Shown: in pieces, positions 15,309-25,350 of the stretch | Numbering within the stretch: the stretch's first letter is position 1 | Layout of the letters: every line of letters starts with the position of its first letter | Source: Akkermansiaceae bacterium | GTDB lineage: Bacteria; Verrucomicrobiota; Verrucomicrobiia; Verrucomicrobiales; Akkermansiaceae | Reading direction: 5' to 3' | DNA length: 64,000 bases | Assembly (NCBI GenBank): GCA_029253285.1 | Contig: JAQWZU010000056.1 | Span: 12,425 to 76,424, forward strand | Program-made: the position numbers and the translations under genes | The notes under the pieces: generated by a model | What the model saw: the letters and a program-made list of their open reading frames with translations, nothing else | Told to the model about the DNA's origin: nothing | The model's database searches: none

Positions 15309-16089
15309 CCTCCTCATCGCAGGCGCCGGATTTCTCGGCTCGGAAATCGCCCAACAAGCGGGCCCGGACTTCAACGTCACCACGCTTACCAAATCCGGCG
15401 GCGATGGCTCGCTCGCCTGCGATCTCTCCTCGGAGTCCGAGATCAAAAAGCTCCGCGAAAAAATCCCCTTACCCGATCTCATCATCCACTGCGCCAGCTC
15501 CGGCCGCGGCGGACCCGACGCCTACCGAAGCATCTTTGTCAATGGCACCCGCGTCCTAAAAGAAACCTTCCCCGAAGCCCATCTCCTCTTCACCTCGAGC
15601 ACTTCGGTGTATCATCAAACCGAAGGAGAAATCGTCGATGAAACCAGCCCCACTTCTCCCGAACGCGAAACAAGCCGCCTTCTCTTAGAAGCCGAAAAAC
15701 AAGTCGATACCGCCGCCCGCCTTGCCGGGCTTTACGGCCCCAACCGCAGCGTTGTTCTTCGCAAATTCCTCGCCGACGAAGCCGTCATCGAAGAAGACGG
15801 CCGCCGCACCTTAAATCAAATCCACGTCCGAGATGCGGCCCGCGCCTGCCTCTTTCTCGCCAAGGGAAAACACTTCGGGATCTACAACGTCACCGACGAC
15901 GAACCGATGAGCCAACTCGGATGCTACCAAGGCCTCGCAGAGCACTTCAACAAACCCCTCCCTCCCACTGGCGAACGCATGCTCTCCCGCAAACGCGCCT
16001 GGACCCACAAGTCCGTCCAAAACACGAAGCTCCGCGACCTCGGCTGGACACCCAAATACCCAAGCTTCTTCGATTTCCTCAAGGACTAA
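15301..16089 (+). CDS. NAD-dependent epimerase/dehydratase (extended SDR) family protein
   Basis: The start is set at the ATG at 15301, giving MTNLLIAGAGFLGSEIAQ (Rossmann GxGxxG). This start overlaps the amidase stop by 8 nt. The ORF-track start at 15172 lies inside the upstream gene. Confidence 0.7.
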   Translation: MTNLLIAGAGFLGSEIAQQAGPDFNVTTLTKSGGDGSLACDLSSESEIKKLREKIPLPDLIIHCASSGRGGPDAYRSIFVNGTRVLKETFPEAHLLFTSSTSVYHQTEGEIVDETSPTSPERETSRLLLEAEKQVDTAARLAGLYGPNRSVVLRKFLADEAVIEEDGRRTLNQIHVRDAARACLFLAKGKHFGIYNVTDDEPMSQLGCYQGLAEHFNKPLPPTGERMLSRKRAWTHKSVQNTKLRDLGWTPKYPSFFDFLKD

Positions 16090-16255
16090 GCGCGGAATCG
16101 AAAGAATTCCGAATGAGAATATCACTTTCCTTCCAACGAGGAAAGGGACCCTTCGGCATACCCACAGACTCGTTAATTTGATACCGCACAACCGACTCCG
16201 GTGCCGCCCACAGTGGAGGTGACGCGAGGAAAATAGAGAGTAGCAATCGCATCAT
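16079..16255 (-). CDS. hypothetical small secreted protein (58 aa), weak call
   Basis: Starting from the ATG pair gives MMRLLLSIFLASPPLWAAPESVV..., which looks like a signal peptide. I recognise no domain. It overlaps the 3' end of the SDR gene by 11 nt. Confidence 0.25.
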   Translation of the reverse strand: MMRLLLSIFLASPPLWAAPESVVRYQINESVGMPKGPFPRWKESDILIRNSFDSALSP

Positions 16256-16332
16256 GAATAAGATCTGAGATATGCGGAGGTCGACCGGAGAATTTTCCAA
16301 GCAAAAGATTGGCCCTGAACGAAGACAGACCT

Positions 16333-18078
16333 ATGTTTTCCTTTATGAGATCGGTGGCCCTGTTCCTCGCCGTCGCGGCCGGATACATCCTGCTGCAAGG
16401 ATCTCCCGTCTCATGGCATCCCATTCTTCGAGTTTGTCTTGCCGTCACCGCCCTCGTCATCGGCATCATTATTTGGGGGAAACGAGACAAACCCACCAGC
16501 ACCGTGGCCCAACCAGCCCGTCCTCCCAGGCGGCTCGACTATCTCACTGTCGGGATTGCTCTCCTCGTCGTGGAGTGCTTTTTCCTCTTCGTCCTCGCCA
16601 CTGTTCCTGACAAGGTGGAACTACTCGCTCTCGATCTCGATTCCCATCTCCACCCGGAGGGGTATGAAACCGAAGAAGAGTCCGGCCCCGGTGAAGGTGC
16701 GGGGAAAAGCTCCAGAGATCAACTCAGCTCAGGCAACTGGCTCTGGCGCGGAAAAGGCGAAATCCATCTCCAAAGCAAAGGCCGCGTTCGTCCGTCCAAC
16801 CGCCCGGAAGTCTACCTCTGGCCCAAGAGCGACGAAGACTACAAGCTTCTCAACAACAGCCAGCGCTTCCTGAGAATCTTCACTCTGGCCACTTATAAGA
16901 ACGCCGTTTGGTCACCTCTCGTCACGGTCCCCCGCACTCTCACCTCCGAAGATGGCCGGATCGCTCTCAAGCCAAAATCCGGAAGAACCGTCGAATACGA
17001 AATCTCACATCAAGAAAATGCCAAGGGCCGTAGCCTTGCCGTCACCATTCCAACGCTCAACTCAATCGAAATCCCCTTCCTCCGCGAAACCGCCGCGGAC
17101 ACCTTCCGCCTCCCCCCAATCGCCGCAGACAAGACCATTCATCGCTATGCGGCCACTTCCAATTTAGATACCTTCGACACCATCCCGAAATCGGCCTCCT
17201 TTGAACCCGCCATCGACCCAAGAGGCGAGTATCTCCAACTTCCCAAAGACGATCTTCTCCGCGAGCGCCTCCACACTCTCGCTGCAACCTTCACCGGGTC
17301 ACCCCGGGAATCACTAAGACAACTCCGCGCCCATCTCGTGCAAAATTGCACCTACTCGCTCGAAGTCGAAATTCCTGATGGGAGCGATCCACTCGAAGAC
17401 TTTCTCTTCGAATCCCGCAAAGGCTACTGCGCTCATTTCTCCAGCGCCGGAGCCCTACTCGCCCGCGCTATGGGCTTCCCCTCCCGCGTCGCCTTTGGAT
17501 GGTCCGGAGGTCGCTACTACGAGGGACAAAACTTCTACGTCTTCCGCGGTCGCGAAGCCCACGCCTGGACCGAGATTCATCTCAAAGATCACGGCTGGGT
17601 CATCTTCGATACCACTCCGGTTTCACGGGGGGAAGGATCGCCCAGTGTCGCCAACCTAAATGAAAAATCGCCCACCGATTTTAACGAAATGACGGACGAA
17701 GGCGTTACCGTCAGCTCGCTCGCTCCACTTAAAAACGCCGCCCTTAGCGTTGGCTCCCTTGCCCTCGTTGCCTTTATCATTGCGGTCATTGCCCGGCGCC
17801 CCAAAGAAAAGGATGCGGCCACCCGCTCCGCCGCCAACTACCTCCCACCCAACCCGAACTACCTCACCCTTTTCAAACGGGCCTGCTCCGCCCACGGATA
17901 CCCCATGCCCGCCGGCCGCACCCTCCGCACGCACCTCGATCTCATCGCGGCCCCTGCCTTCGCCGCTGACCTCCTGGACTACCACTACGCCGTGCAATAC
18001 GCCGACGCCCCAAGAGACAAGAAAAAGGAAAAATCCCTATCTCAACAACTCCGCCGCTGGGAGCAAGAGAGGCCTTAG
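16333..18078 (+). CDS. transglutaminase-like domain membrane protein (TgpA-like)
   Basis: Several TM helices are present, plus a transglutaminase core (GYCAHFSSAGALLARAMGFPSRVAFGW ... EAHAWTEIHLKDHGWVIFDTTP). The ORF-track start at 16309 is TTG; the first in-frame ATG is at 16333. Confidence 0.7.
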   Translation: MFSFMRSVALFLAVAAGYILLQGSPVSWHPILRVCLAVTALVIGIIIWGKRDKPTSTVAQPARPPRRLDYLTVGIALLVVECFFLFVLATVPDKVELLALDLDSHLHPEGYETEEESGPGEGAGKSSRDQLSSGNWLWRGKGEIHLQSKGRVRPSNRPEVYLWPKSDEDYKLLNNSQRFLRIFTLATYKNAVWSPLVTVPRTLTSEDGRIALKPKSGRTVEYEISHQENAKGRSLAVTIPTLNSIEIPFLRETAADTFRLPPIAADKTIHRYAATSNLDTFDTIPKSASFEPAIDPRGEYLQLPKDDLLRERLHTLAATFTGSPRESLRQLRAHLVQNCTYSLEVEIPDGSDPLEDFLFESRKGYCAHFSSAGALLARAMGFPSRVAFGWSGGRYYEGQNFYVFRGREAHAWTEIHLKDHGWVIFDTTPVSRGEGSPSVANLNEKSPTDFNEMTDEGVTVSSLAPLKNAALSVGSLALVAFIIAVIARRPKEKDAATRSAANYLPPNPNYLTLFKRACSAHGYPMPAGRTLRTHLDLIAAPAFAADLLDYHYAVQYADAPRDKKKEKSLSQQLRRWEQERP

Positions 18079-18357
18079 TTTCCTCGAGAGACACCCAATG
18101 AAAGGAATCGGAATCATTGGAGGAATTCTGCTCGGCCTGATGTCGAGCTCCGTTCTGCTCCCCTTCTGTCTTCTATTTGGTCACGCCTCTTCTTTCTTTC
18201 GATAACTACTCTCTCTCCTGCTCATCAGCCTCCCCCCAGGAAGAAGGCCTTATACTCGAAAGCTCCGGCGACCGCGTCCTACTTCTCCAACCCTAGCCGC
18301 TTTGCCTTCGAAAAAGTCTGGGTCTACCGGGGCATGTAGCACCTACACTGCGCATGA

Positions 18358-20469
18358 CTAATCCACCTCCCGGATCACTTTCAAAAACGGTTCGAGATAT
18401 TTAGTCGCCTTCGCTTCCCCGATCCCCTTCACCAGTAAACCTGCTTCCATCGTCGACGGCCTCAACCTCGCCAAATGCTCCAACGTTTGATTTGAAAAGA
18501 TGACATAGGCCGGCACGCGTTCGGCTTTTGCCATGCGATTCCGGACATCCTTCAATCGCTCATAAAGCTTCGCATCGAATCCCAGATCCTCCAAAACCAC
18601 GCCATCATCCGACACCTTGGACCCCCCGCCCTGAACCGGCCACTCGAGAGCGTAGCTGGTCTTTCCTAACATCACTTGCTCGCCACGTTGAGTGAGAGTC
18701 ACGAGAGGGTACTCGCCCATCTTGGTCACCAGCAGCCCACCTTCATGCAAACTCCGCGCCAAGGCGTTGAGATAAGCGGTGCCTTGCTCCTTGAGCATTC
18801 CGTAGGTTTTCAGCTCATGCAATCGCACGCGCAGCACTTCCTGCGACTTGCTCCCCACCAACATTTGCACAATTCGCCCTCGCCCAAAGATGCCTTCCCA
18901 ACCCATCGCGGTCCGGCGTGACATCCGTGCCACACCACTGAGAAATTTGCGCGCAATCAAATCCTCATCGTCGGTCGGCGCCCTTCGTTCACTGCTCTCC
19001 TCTCCCCGGCAGACATCGCAACTCCCGCACAGCGGCGCATTAATCTCCCCAAAGTATTCCAGGACCCACTGCTGACGGCAGGTATTGCCATAGCAAAACT
19101 GGACCATCTTCTCCAGCTTCTCGCGATCCCGTCGTTCCTTCTCCTCCAACGCCGCTTCATCGAGCACCAAATCCCGAGCCAGCACTTCCGGCTTCAGCAG
19201 CCTCGTCCCCTTCGCCCGCGATCCCGGCACATCGAAGCGCTCGATCCATCGACCTCTCAGCAATGATCCCAGCGCCGCCCCAATCGCCATACCATTCTTA
19301 GCCCCGATCGCCTCCTTGATCTGATCCAAGGTTTCATGCGTCTCAAAATTCTCGTCCGCGTGATTGAGAAAGTATTGATAAACATCACGAATCATCCCCG
19401 CGCCGGGATTCACGCCATCGATAAAAAACTCCTGCGTCCGCGTGTCAGCGTAATTGAAGAGCAACTCACAAAAAGCCGCCTCCCCGTCACGTCCTGCACG
19501 ACCCGCTTCCTGATAGTAAGCCTCCACCGATCCCGGGATTTCAAAGTGCACTACGAAGCGCACATCCGAGCGATCGATTCCCATGCCGAAAGCATTCGTC
19601 GCCACTGCGATGTCCGCCTTTTTGGAAATAAAAGTATTTTGGGTATCTTCCCGCTCCTGGTCACTCATCCCACCATGATAGGCGACACACTTCAGCCCCC
19701 AGGAATGAATCGTCTCGGCCACTTCATCAACTTTCTTTCGCGTGGCACAATAAACGATCCCTGTCTTGTGCGCCTTCAGCACCTTTTGCAGTCGTGCGTA
19801 TTTCTGCGCCACCTTCTCCACCGCCGTCACAGTGAAACTAAGATTTGGACGCTCAAAGCCGCTGATATTTTCGAAAGGCTCACGAAGTTGCAGCACCTTC
19901 CGAATATCCTCCCGCACAATTGGCGTGGCCGTCGCGGTGAGAGCCACACATTGGGGACGACCGAGCGCCTCCAGCGCTTTCCCCAGCCTCATGTAATCCG
20001 GCCGAAAATCGTGCCCCCATTGGCTCAAGCAGTGCGCCTCATCGATCGCCACCATCTCGATGGAAACATCCTTTAAGGCGTCCATAAACGAAGAGGCCTT
20101 AAATCGCTCCGGCGCAATGTATACCAGTCGATAATCCCCCCGCCGCATTCCATCCAGTCGTTCCTTCTGCTCCGGCCAACTTAAGGTCGAGTTGATCAAG
20201 GTCACGGCAACGTCCCGCTCTACCAGCGCATCGACCTGATCTTTCATCAGCGCGATCAGCGGGCTCACCACCAAGGTCACCCCTTCCCGACAAAGCGCCG
20301 GCAGTTGGTAGCAGAGTGACTTACCGCCCCCCGTCGGCATGACCACCGAACCGTCCTGTCCCGAGAGAATATCCCCGATCACCACTTCCTGCCCGTCGAG
20401 GAAGTCTTCGAATCCAAAGACTTCCTTTAAAACTTCCCGCGCGCGATCAAGAGATGACATCACAGCCAT
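18358..20469 (-). CDS. recQ: ATP-dependent DNA helicase RecQ
   Basis: 703 aa with RecQ helicase motifs (VVMPTGGGKSLCYQLPAL, DEAHCLSQWGHDFRPDY, ATNAFGMGIDRSDVRFVVH, QEAGRAGRDG), a Zn cluster (CRQQ...CGSCDVC) and a C-terminal HRDC-like region. Confidence 0.95.
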   Translation of the reverse strand: MAVMSSLDRAREVLKEVFGFEDFLDGQEVVIGDILSGQDGSVVMPTGGGKSLCYQLPALCREGVTLVVSPLIALMKDQVDALVERDVAVTLINSTLSWPEQKERLDGMRRGDYRLVYIAPERFKASSFMDALKDVSIEMVAIDEAHCLSQWGHDFRPDYMRLGKALEALGRPQCVALTATATPIVREDIRKVLQLREPFENISGFERPNLSFTVTAVEKVAQKYARLQKVLKAHKTGIVYCATRKKVDEVAETIHSWGLKCVAYHGGMSDQEREDTQNTFISKKADIAVATNAFGMGIDRSDVRFVVHFEIPGSVEAYYQEAGRAGRDGEAAFCELLFNYADTRTQEFFIDGVNPGAGMIRDVYQYFLNHADENFETHETLDQIKEAIGAKNGMAIGAALGSLLRGRWIERFDVPGSRAKGTRLLKPEVLARDLVLDEAALEEKERRDREKLEKMVQFCYGNTCRQQWVLEYFGEINAPLCGSCDVCRGEESSERRAPTDDEDLIARKFLSGVARMSRRTAMGWEGIFGRGRIVQMLVGSKSQEVLRVRLHELKTYGMLKEQGTAYLNALARSLHEGGLLVTKMGEYPLVTLTQRGEQVMLGKTSYALEWPVQGGGSKVSDDGVVLEDLGFDAKLYERLKDVRNRMAKAERVPAYVIFSNQTLEHLARLRPSTMEAGLLVKGIGEAKATKYLEPFLKVIREVD

Positions 20470-20528
20470 TCAAATGAACACCTATCAAAAGTGCAAGAAA
20501 ATCAATTCAGTTGCATGGTTTTGGAGAA

Positions 20529-21521
20529 ATGGCACGTTCACGTTCGTCAAAAAAGATGAAAACAATATCACTCATTACAGCCGTCTCGCTTCTTGCCTCA
20601 TCCTTCAGCTTTGCCGGCGGAGAAGGCTGGACCAGCGACTTCGCAGCAGCCAAGGCCCAAGCCGCCAAAGAGGGCAAAGACCTCCTCATCGACTTCACCG
20701 GCTCCGACTGGTGCGGCTGGTGCATCAAACTCAACGAGGAAGTCTTCCAACACGATCCCTTCAAGAAAGGCGTCGCTGATAAATTCGTCCTCGTGGAACT
20801 CGATTACCCACGGGACAAATCGAAGTTAGACGAAAAGACGATTAAGCAAAATGATGAGCTTAAGAGCACTTACGAACCACGAGGATTTCCGACCATCCTC
20901 CTCACCGACGCCAGCGGAAAACCATATGCTCAAACCGGGTATCAAAAAGGAGGTCCCGAGGCCTACGTGAAGCACCTCGACGAGCTTCGTGCTAAAAAAA
21001 CAGACCTAAAGAAAAGCTTCGAAGCCGCCGACAAGCTAGAAGGCGTCGCCAAAGCCAAGGCTCTTGTCGAGGCTCTCGGTACACTCCAACCCCAGCATCA
21101 CAAACATTACTCGGATACAATTGAAGCGATCGAAAAGGCCGATCCAAAAGACGAGTCAGGTTTTGTTAAGGAGCAAAAATTTCGTGCTGCAAAATCAGAT
21201 CTCGAAAAGCAGCTGAGCACCGCCATGCGGGCCCAAAAACTTGACGATGCGATAAAAGCTGTCGATAGCTTCATCGCCAAGCACAATCCCGAAGGCGCCG
21301 AGAAGCAGGAAATCCTCGCGAACAAAGTCAACATTTACATGTCCCAGCAGAAATTGGACGAAGCCGAAAAAGCCCTCGACGAGATCATCGCAGTCGATGC
21401 GAAATCCCAGATGGGAACTTCCGCAGCTGGCTTTAAACCCAGGTTAGCAGAAATGAAAAAGAAGGCCGCGGCAAAGAATACCGAAGAAGCTGCTGACAAG
21501 CCTGCGGAGAAATCCGAATAG
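20529..21521 (+). CDS. secreted thioredoxin-fold protein (CGWC motif) with a helical C-terminal region
   Basis: It has a signal peptide (MARSRSSKKMKTISLITAVSLLASSFSFA) and the block DFTGSDWCGWCIKLNEEVF. The start is ambiguous (ATG at 20529 or 20556); the ORF-track start at 20511 is TTG. Confidence 0.6.
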   Translation: MARSRSSKKMKTISLITAVSLLASSFSFAGGEGWTSDFAAAKAQAAKEGKDLLIDFTGSDWCGWCIKLNEEVFQHDPFKKGVADKFVLVELDYPRDKSKLDEKTIKQNDELKSTYEPRGFPTILLTDASGKPYAQTGYQKGGPEAYVKHLDELRAKKTDLKKSFEAADKLEGVAKAKALVEALGTLQPQHHKHYSDTIEAIEKADPKDESGFVKEQKFRAAKSDLEKQLSTAMRAQKLDDAIKAVDSFIAKHNPEGAEKQEILANKVNIYMSQQKLDEAEKALDEIIAVDAKSQMGTSAAGFKPRLAEMKKKAAAKNTEEAADKPAEKSE

Positions 21522-21545
21522 CTTTAATAATTACAACTCCACTAG

Positions 21546-21585
21546 AAAGCGCGCAGGGACAAACAAGCCCTGCGCGCTTTTTTTA
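21546..21585. terminator. bidirectional rho-independent terminator between convergent genes
   Basis: The sequence is AAAGCGCGCAGGG-acaaacaag-CCCTGCGCGCTTTTTTTA. It forms a perfect GC-rich 10-11 bp stem flanked by an A-run and a T-run. Confidence 0.85.
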
Positions 21586-21592
21586 TTCCGTC

Positions 21593-22993
21593 TTACTCGG
21601 TTTCAACTTCATAGACAAAGCGGAAATAACGCGCCCCTTGTGTCGCAGGCATTGATCTCGTTACCATCCCGGCGTTATTCGCCGTCACCGGAGTTCCCTC
21701 GCTCCAATTCACTAAATCTTCCGAAATTTTCAGAAGATACCTCGTCCGGGGCACTCCCGGTGTGCTCACCGTCACCCTGGGACTTCCATTCACCATCTGC
21801 ACTCCCACTTCGGTTTCATCGGCAGTCAAAAGAATCACCGACAATCCACCTTCTTCCCCGAAGGGCGACGACCACTTTTCGTCGGTATACACCGAAATCC
21901 CAGTCAAGGTTCCCAAAAACGTCACCAAGGCCTCTTTCTGAGCCTGATTCAGATTCAAACGCTGGCCTCCCATAGGCTGGGTCACACCCGGACGGGGCGG
22001 CGGGCCTGCCAAACGACGATCCAATCCCGTGGTCACCGCGGGAACAGCGTTGTAGTGATTCACGACATCCAACAATGAGCTCAGCGAAGCATTGTGCATG
22101 AATCCCCCATGCGGAGTGCCGTCGGCCGACACCACATCGCGTAAACTCGGAGACCGGGTGACCGTGAAGTCCAGCCCTCCTGCCAAAGTCCCCGTCACTC
22201 CGTTATGTCCGCTATTCGGATCGATATCGAATTCCGGCGCTTGGTGACAGGCATTGCACCCCGCCCCGCCACCCGGAGCATTCGGTGGACTCATGAAAAT
22301 GCGCTTCCCGTCGTTTTCTTCAGCCGTGAAATTTTGAAAAGGAGCGTTGGGATTATTCACTTGGGTAAGCCCTTCGTCGTACTTGCTGTCGAATGATTGA
22401 ATGCTACGCACGAATTGCGCCAAGGCTCCCTGGACCCGCGCCTCGGTGATCTCGCCATCTCCATAGAGTCCGGTGAAGAGCACCCGATATAGCTCGATGG
22501 CCTCCAGCCGATCCACCAAATATGAAAAATCCGGATCCCCTTCCGTTCCACTGAATCCCATCTCAACATGATCCTGAATCGGCATCGTCACCTGGTCTTC
22601 CAGTGTCTCCACTCTCTCATCCCAGAAGAAATTACGCTCACGTCCGAAGCGCGCATTGATCAAACGCATCGAATGCCGTCCCGTGGCCCCGGCCACTCCC
22701 TGACTTGCGATATCAGGATCACCAAAGCCGTGCTCCTGCTGATGACATGACGAGCAAGATACCGTTCCATCCACCGAAAGTCTCGGGTCATAAAAAAGCA
22801 CTCTTCCCAGAGTCGCACCAATATTTGAAATGCGATTATTTCCCGGCGTATTGTCCTTTTGAATATAGGCCGGCCGATCCTGGTTGGCATATTCATGAAG
22901 TGAAGTCAGATCGAGAACCCCGTTCTGGGCCATCGCTGAACTGATCATTGTGCAGAAGATTGTTTGAGCCTTCATGCGGAACATCATCCACAT
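21593..22993 (-). CDS. di-haem cytochrome c peroxidase family protein with an extra C-terminal domain
   Basis: Two CxxCH haem motifs are present (CSSCH, CNACH) in CCP/MauG-like context (RLSVDGTVSCSSCHQQEHGF). A roughly 95-aa C-terminal tail carries ISEDLVNWSE ... YFRF. Confidence 0.75.
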   Translation of the reverse strand: MWMMFRMKAQTIFCTMISSAMAQNGVLDLTSLHEYANQDRPAYIQKDNTPGNNRISNIGATLGRVLFYDPRLSVDGTVSCSSCHQQEHGFGDPDIASQGVAGATGRHSMRLINARFGRERNFFWDERVETLEDQVTMPIQDHVEMGFSGTEGDPDFSYLVDRLEAIELYRVLFTGLYGDGEITEARVQGALAQFVRSIQSFDSKYDEGLTQVNNPNAPFQNFTAEENDGKRIFMSPPNAPGGGAGCNACHQAPEFDIDPNSGHNGVTGTLAGGLDFTVTRSPSLRDVVSADGTPHGGFMHNASLSSLLDVVNHYNAVPAVTTGLDRRLAGPPPRPGVTQPMGGQRLNLNQAQKEALVTFLGTLTGISVYTDEKWSSPFGEEGGLSVILLTADETEVGVQMVNGSPRVTVSTPGVPRTRYLLKISEDLVNWSEGTPVTANNAGMVTRSMPATQGARYFRFVYEVETE

Positions 22994-23049
22994 GAAAGAT
23001 TAAGGGATGATGACGCAAGGCCACCAAAAATGTTAAGAGTTGGTAAACT

Positions 23050-25350
23050 CTAGAAAATAAAGTCGTCTTCTCCGAGAATCTGCACCTCGGTCTCCAACTC
23101 TACGCCGCGCTCCGCTCTCGCGGTCGCTTTAATCTGATCGATCAGGGCCAGAACGTCCGCAGCCTTGGCCTGTCCCCGGTTCACAATGAAGTTGCCGTGC
23201 TCGGGCGACACTTCGGCTTTTCCGACTCCCGATTCCTTGAGGCCCAACTCATCAATGAGCTGCCCTGCACCCATGATTTCGGGATTTTTAAAGGTGCATC
23301 CCGCACTCGCTGCTTTTGGCTGCGTGGCATTGCGATGATGACGCGATTCCTCGAGTAATTCCTGAATTCGTTCTCCGTTTGATTCCTCACCCTGGAAGGT
23401 TGCCGAGAGTGCGTAGTTCCGGCGAAACTCGGGCACGCTGCGATATCTCGCATCGATTTCCTCCCGGCTTCGCGTTCTCACTTCGCCGTCTTCGTCGAAA
23501 AAGGTCGCGTCGATCACCTGATCAAAAGTCTCAATTCCCATCGCTCCCGCATTCATCCGAAGACCTCCGCCAACGTTTCCGGGAATTCCTTCCATCCACT
23601 CGAATCCCCCAATGCCATTTTCACGGGCCACGCTGGCGACTTTCTTAAATCGCGCTCCCGCTCCAGCCCGAATGACATTTCCTGCCGCCACCACTTCGCC
23701 AAAGGAACCTCCTTTGGGATGAATCACCGCGCCACGAATCCCTCCATCACGAACCAAGAGATTGGATCCCCGCCCTACCACGCGGACCGGAATCCCCCGG
23801 GCCCGACAAAAGTTCACCGCATTGGCAAAGCTCTCGAAGTCACTCGGCTCAATCCAAAACTGAGCCGGACCCCCTACGCGAATCGTGGTGTGCTTCGACA
23901 TCGGCTCATAGAGCTTCACATTCTCCACCCCGGCCTCTCCTTTGATCTCCTCAATCACCTTGAGATCTTTCACCAGCTTGTTCCCCGCCTCGTGGACATT
24001 CCCAGCCCCCAGAGTGAGAAATAGATCATCCTCTGCCAAAAGATTCCCGATGTGATGGTGCGCCGTTTCGAGGTCTGGTAGATAAACCGCTTTCGTATCC
24101 CCATGAGCATGCACCGCATCCACAATGGTCTGCCCGCTCACACCCTCAATAGGATCTTCACTCGCCGCATAAACCCGCGTCACAAAAACCAAATCCGCAG
24201 CTTGCAGAGCTTTTCCAAATTCATCGGCCAGCTTCTGCGTCCGGCTATATCGATGCGGTTGAAAAAGAACCACCACACGCCCCCGGTCAAAAGTCCGCGC
24301 CGTCTGCAGTGTCGCCGCGACTTCCGTCGGATGATGCCCATAGTCATCCACCACCCGAAATCGTTTCGAAAGATACTTCGTTTCGAAGCGCCTCTTCGCG
24401 CCCGCAAAGGAACTCAGCGCCCGCGCCGCTTTTTGAAAGTCGACTCCGCACAATTGCCCGATCACCAGCGCGCCCAAAGCGTTCAAAACATTATGCAATC
24501 CGGGAATCCCCAACTGCACGCGCCCATATTCTTCCCCCCGGAAACTCACGGTGAAACTCACCGTTCCGATCTGCTCCAAAATATCCGTGGCGGTCCAATC
24601 GGCGTCTTTCCAGCCGTATGAAATTGAGCCCGCTCGCGATCTGCACAAACTCGTCGCCTCCTCGCACTCCGCACAATAAACCGACGCTCCGCTTGTCTGA
24701 TCCAGAAGCGTATTGAAGACCTCCCGAATCTGCTCAATCCCACGCGTGTAAAAATCCAGATGCTCTTCCTCCATATTGAGCACGATGACGTGCTTCGGCT
24801 TGTAGAGCGCCAGCGTTCCGTCCGACTCATCACCTTCTGCAACCAAAAACTCCCCTTCCTCGTTCCACTCGGCATTCGACCCCAACACCGGAATCTCCGC
24901 ACCCACATAATGACACGGCGCGAGTTCACCCTTCCGTAAAATATGCGCAATCATCGACGAGGTCGTTGTCTTGCCATGCGTCCCGGAAACAATCACGCCC
25001 GACTTGGTATGCAAAATCGCCGCGAGGCATTCCGCCCGTCGAAAAGTCGAAGTTCCGGCCTCCGTCGCCGCGGCCAAAGCCGGATTCTCTGGACGAATCG
25101 CAGACGAATAGATCACCGCGTCCACGTCCTTCACCGCTTCCGCAGAATGCGGAGTCGAAAACTCCAATCCGCTACTCCGCAAACGCTCGGTCTCGCCCGA
25201 AGTCACCCGGTCAGATCCGCTCACCCGATGCCCCATCTCCAACAAAAGACGGGCCAGGCCGCTCATCCCGGATCCGGCCACTCCAATCAAATGCACCCGC
25301 AAAGGTTCATCCCGATTGAGAAGCTTTTCGCTGAATTCCTCGATGGTCAT
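23050..25350 (-). CDS. murC/murB: bifunctional UDP-N-acetylmuramate--L-alanine ligase / UDP-N-acetylenolpyruvoylglucosamine reductase (MurC-MurB fusion)
   Basis: 766 aa. The N-terminal ~460 aa are MurC-like (HLIGVAGSGMSGLARLL, VSGTHGKTTTSSM, DDYGHHPTE). The C-terminal ~300 aa are MurB-like (MSKHTTIRVGGPAQFW, VVGRGSNLLVRDGG, AGCTFKNP). No stop or frameshift separates the two halves. Confidence 0.9.
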   Translation of the reverse strand: MTIEEFSEKLLNRDEPLRVHLIGVAGSGMSGLARLLLEMGHRVSGSDRVTSGETERLRSSGLEFSTPHSAEAVKDVDAVIYSSAIRPENPALAAATEAGTSTFRRAECLAAILHTKSGVIVSGTHGKTTTSSMIAHILRKGELAPCHYVGAEIPVLGSNAEWNEEGEFLVAEGDESDGTLALYKPKHVIVLNMEEEHLDFYTRGIEQIREVFNTLLDQTSGASVYCAECEEATSLCRSRAGSISYGWKDADWTATDILEQIGTVSFTVSFRGEEYGRVQLGIPGLHNVLNALGALVIGQLCGVDFQKAARALSSFAGAKRRFETKYLSKRFRVVDDYGHHPTEVAATLQTARTFDRGRVVVLFQPHRYSRTQKLADEFGKALQAADLVFVTRVYAASEDPIEGVSGQTIVDAVHAHGDTKAVYLPDLETAHHHIGNLLAEDDLFLTLGAGNVHEAGNKLVKDLKVIEEIKGEAGVENVKLYEPMSKHTTIRVGGPAQFWIEPSDFESFANAVNFCRARGIPVRVVGRGSNLLVRDGGIRGAVIHPKGGSFGEVVAAGNVIRAGAGARFKKVASVARENGIGGFEWMEGIPGNVGGGLRMNAGAMGIETFDQVIDATFFDEDGEVRTRSREEIDARYRSVPEFRRNYALSATFQGEESNGERIQELLEESRHHRNATQPKAASAGCTFKNPEIMGAGQLIDELGLKESGVGKAEVSPEHGNFIVNRGQAKAADVLALIDQIKATARAERGVELETEVQILGEDDFIF

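Noticed and set aside
14493-15485. 330-aa minus-strand ORF opposite the amidase and SDR genes.
   Set aside because: It has a G/E/F/V-rich low-complexity translation and lies antisense to two genes with clear family motifs. Shadow ORF.
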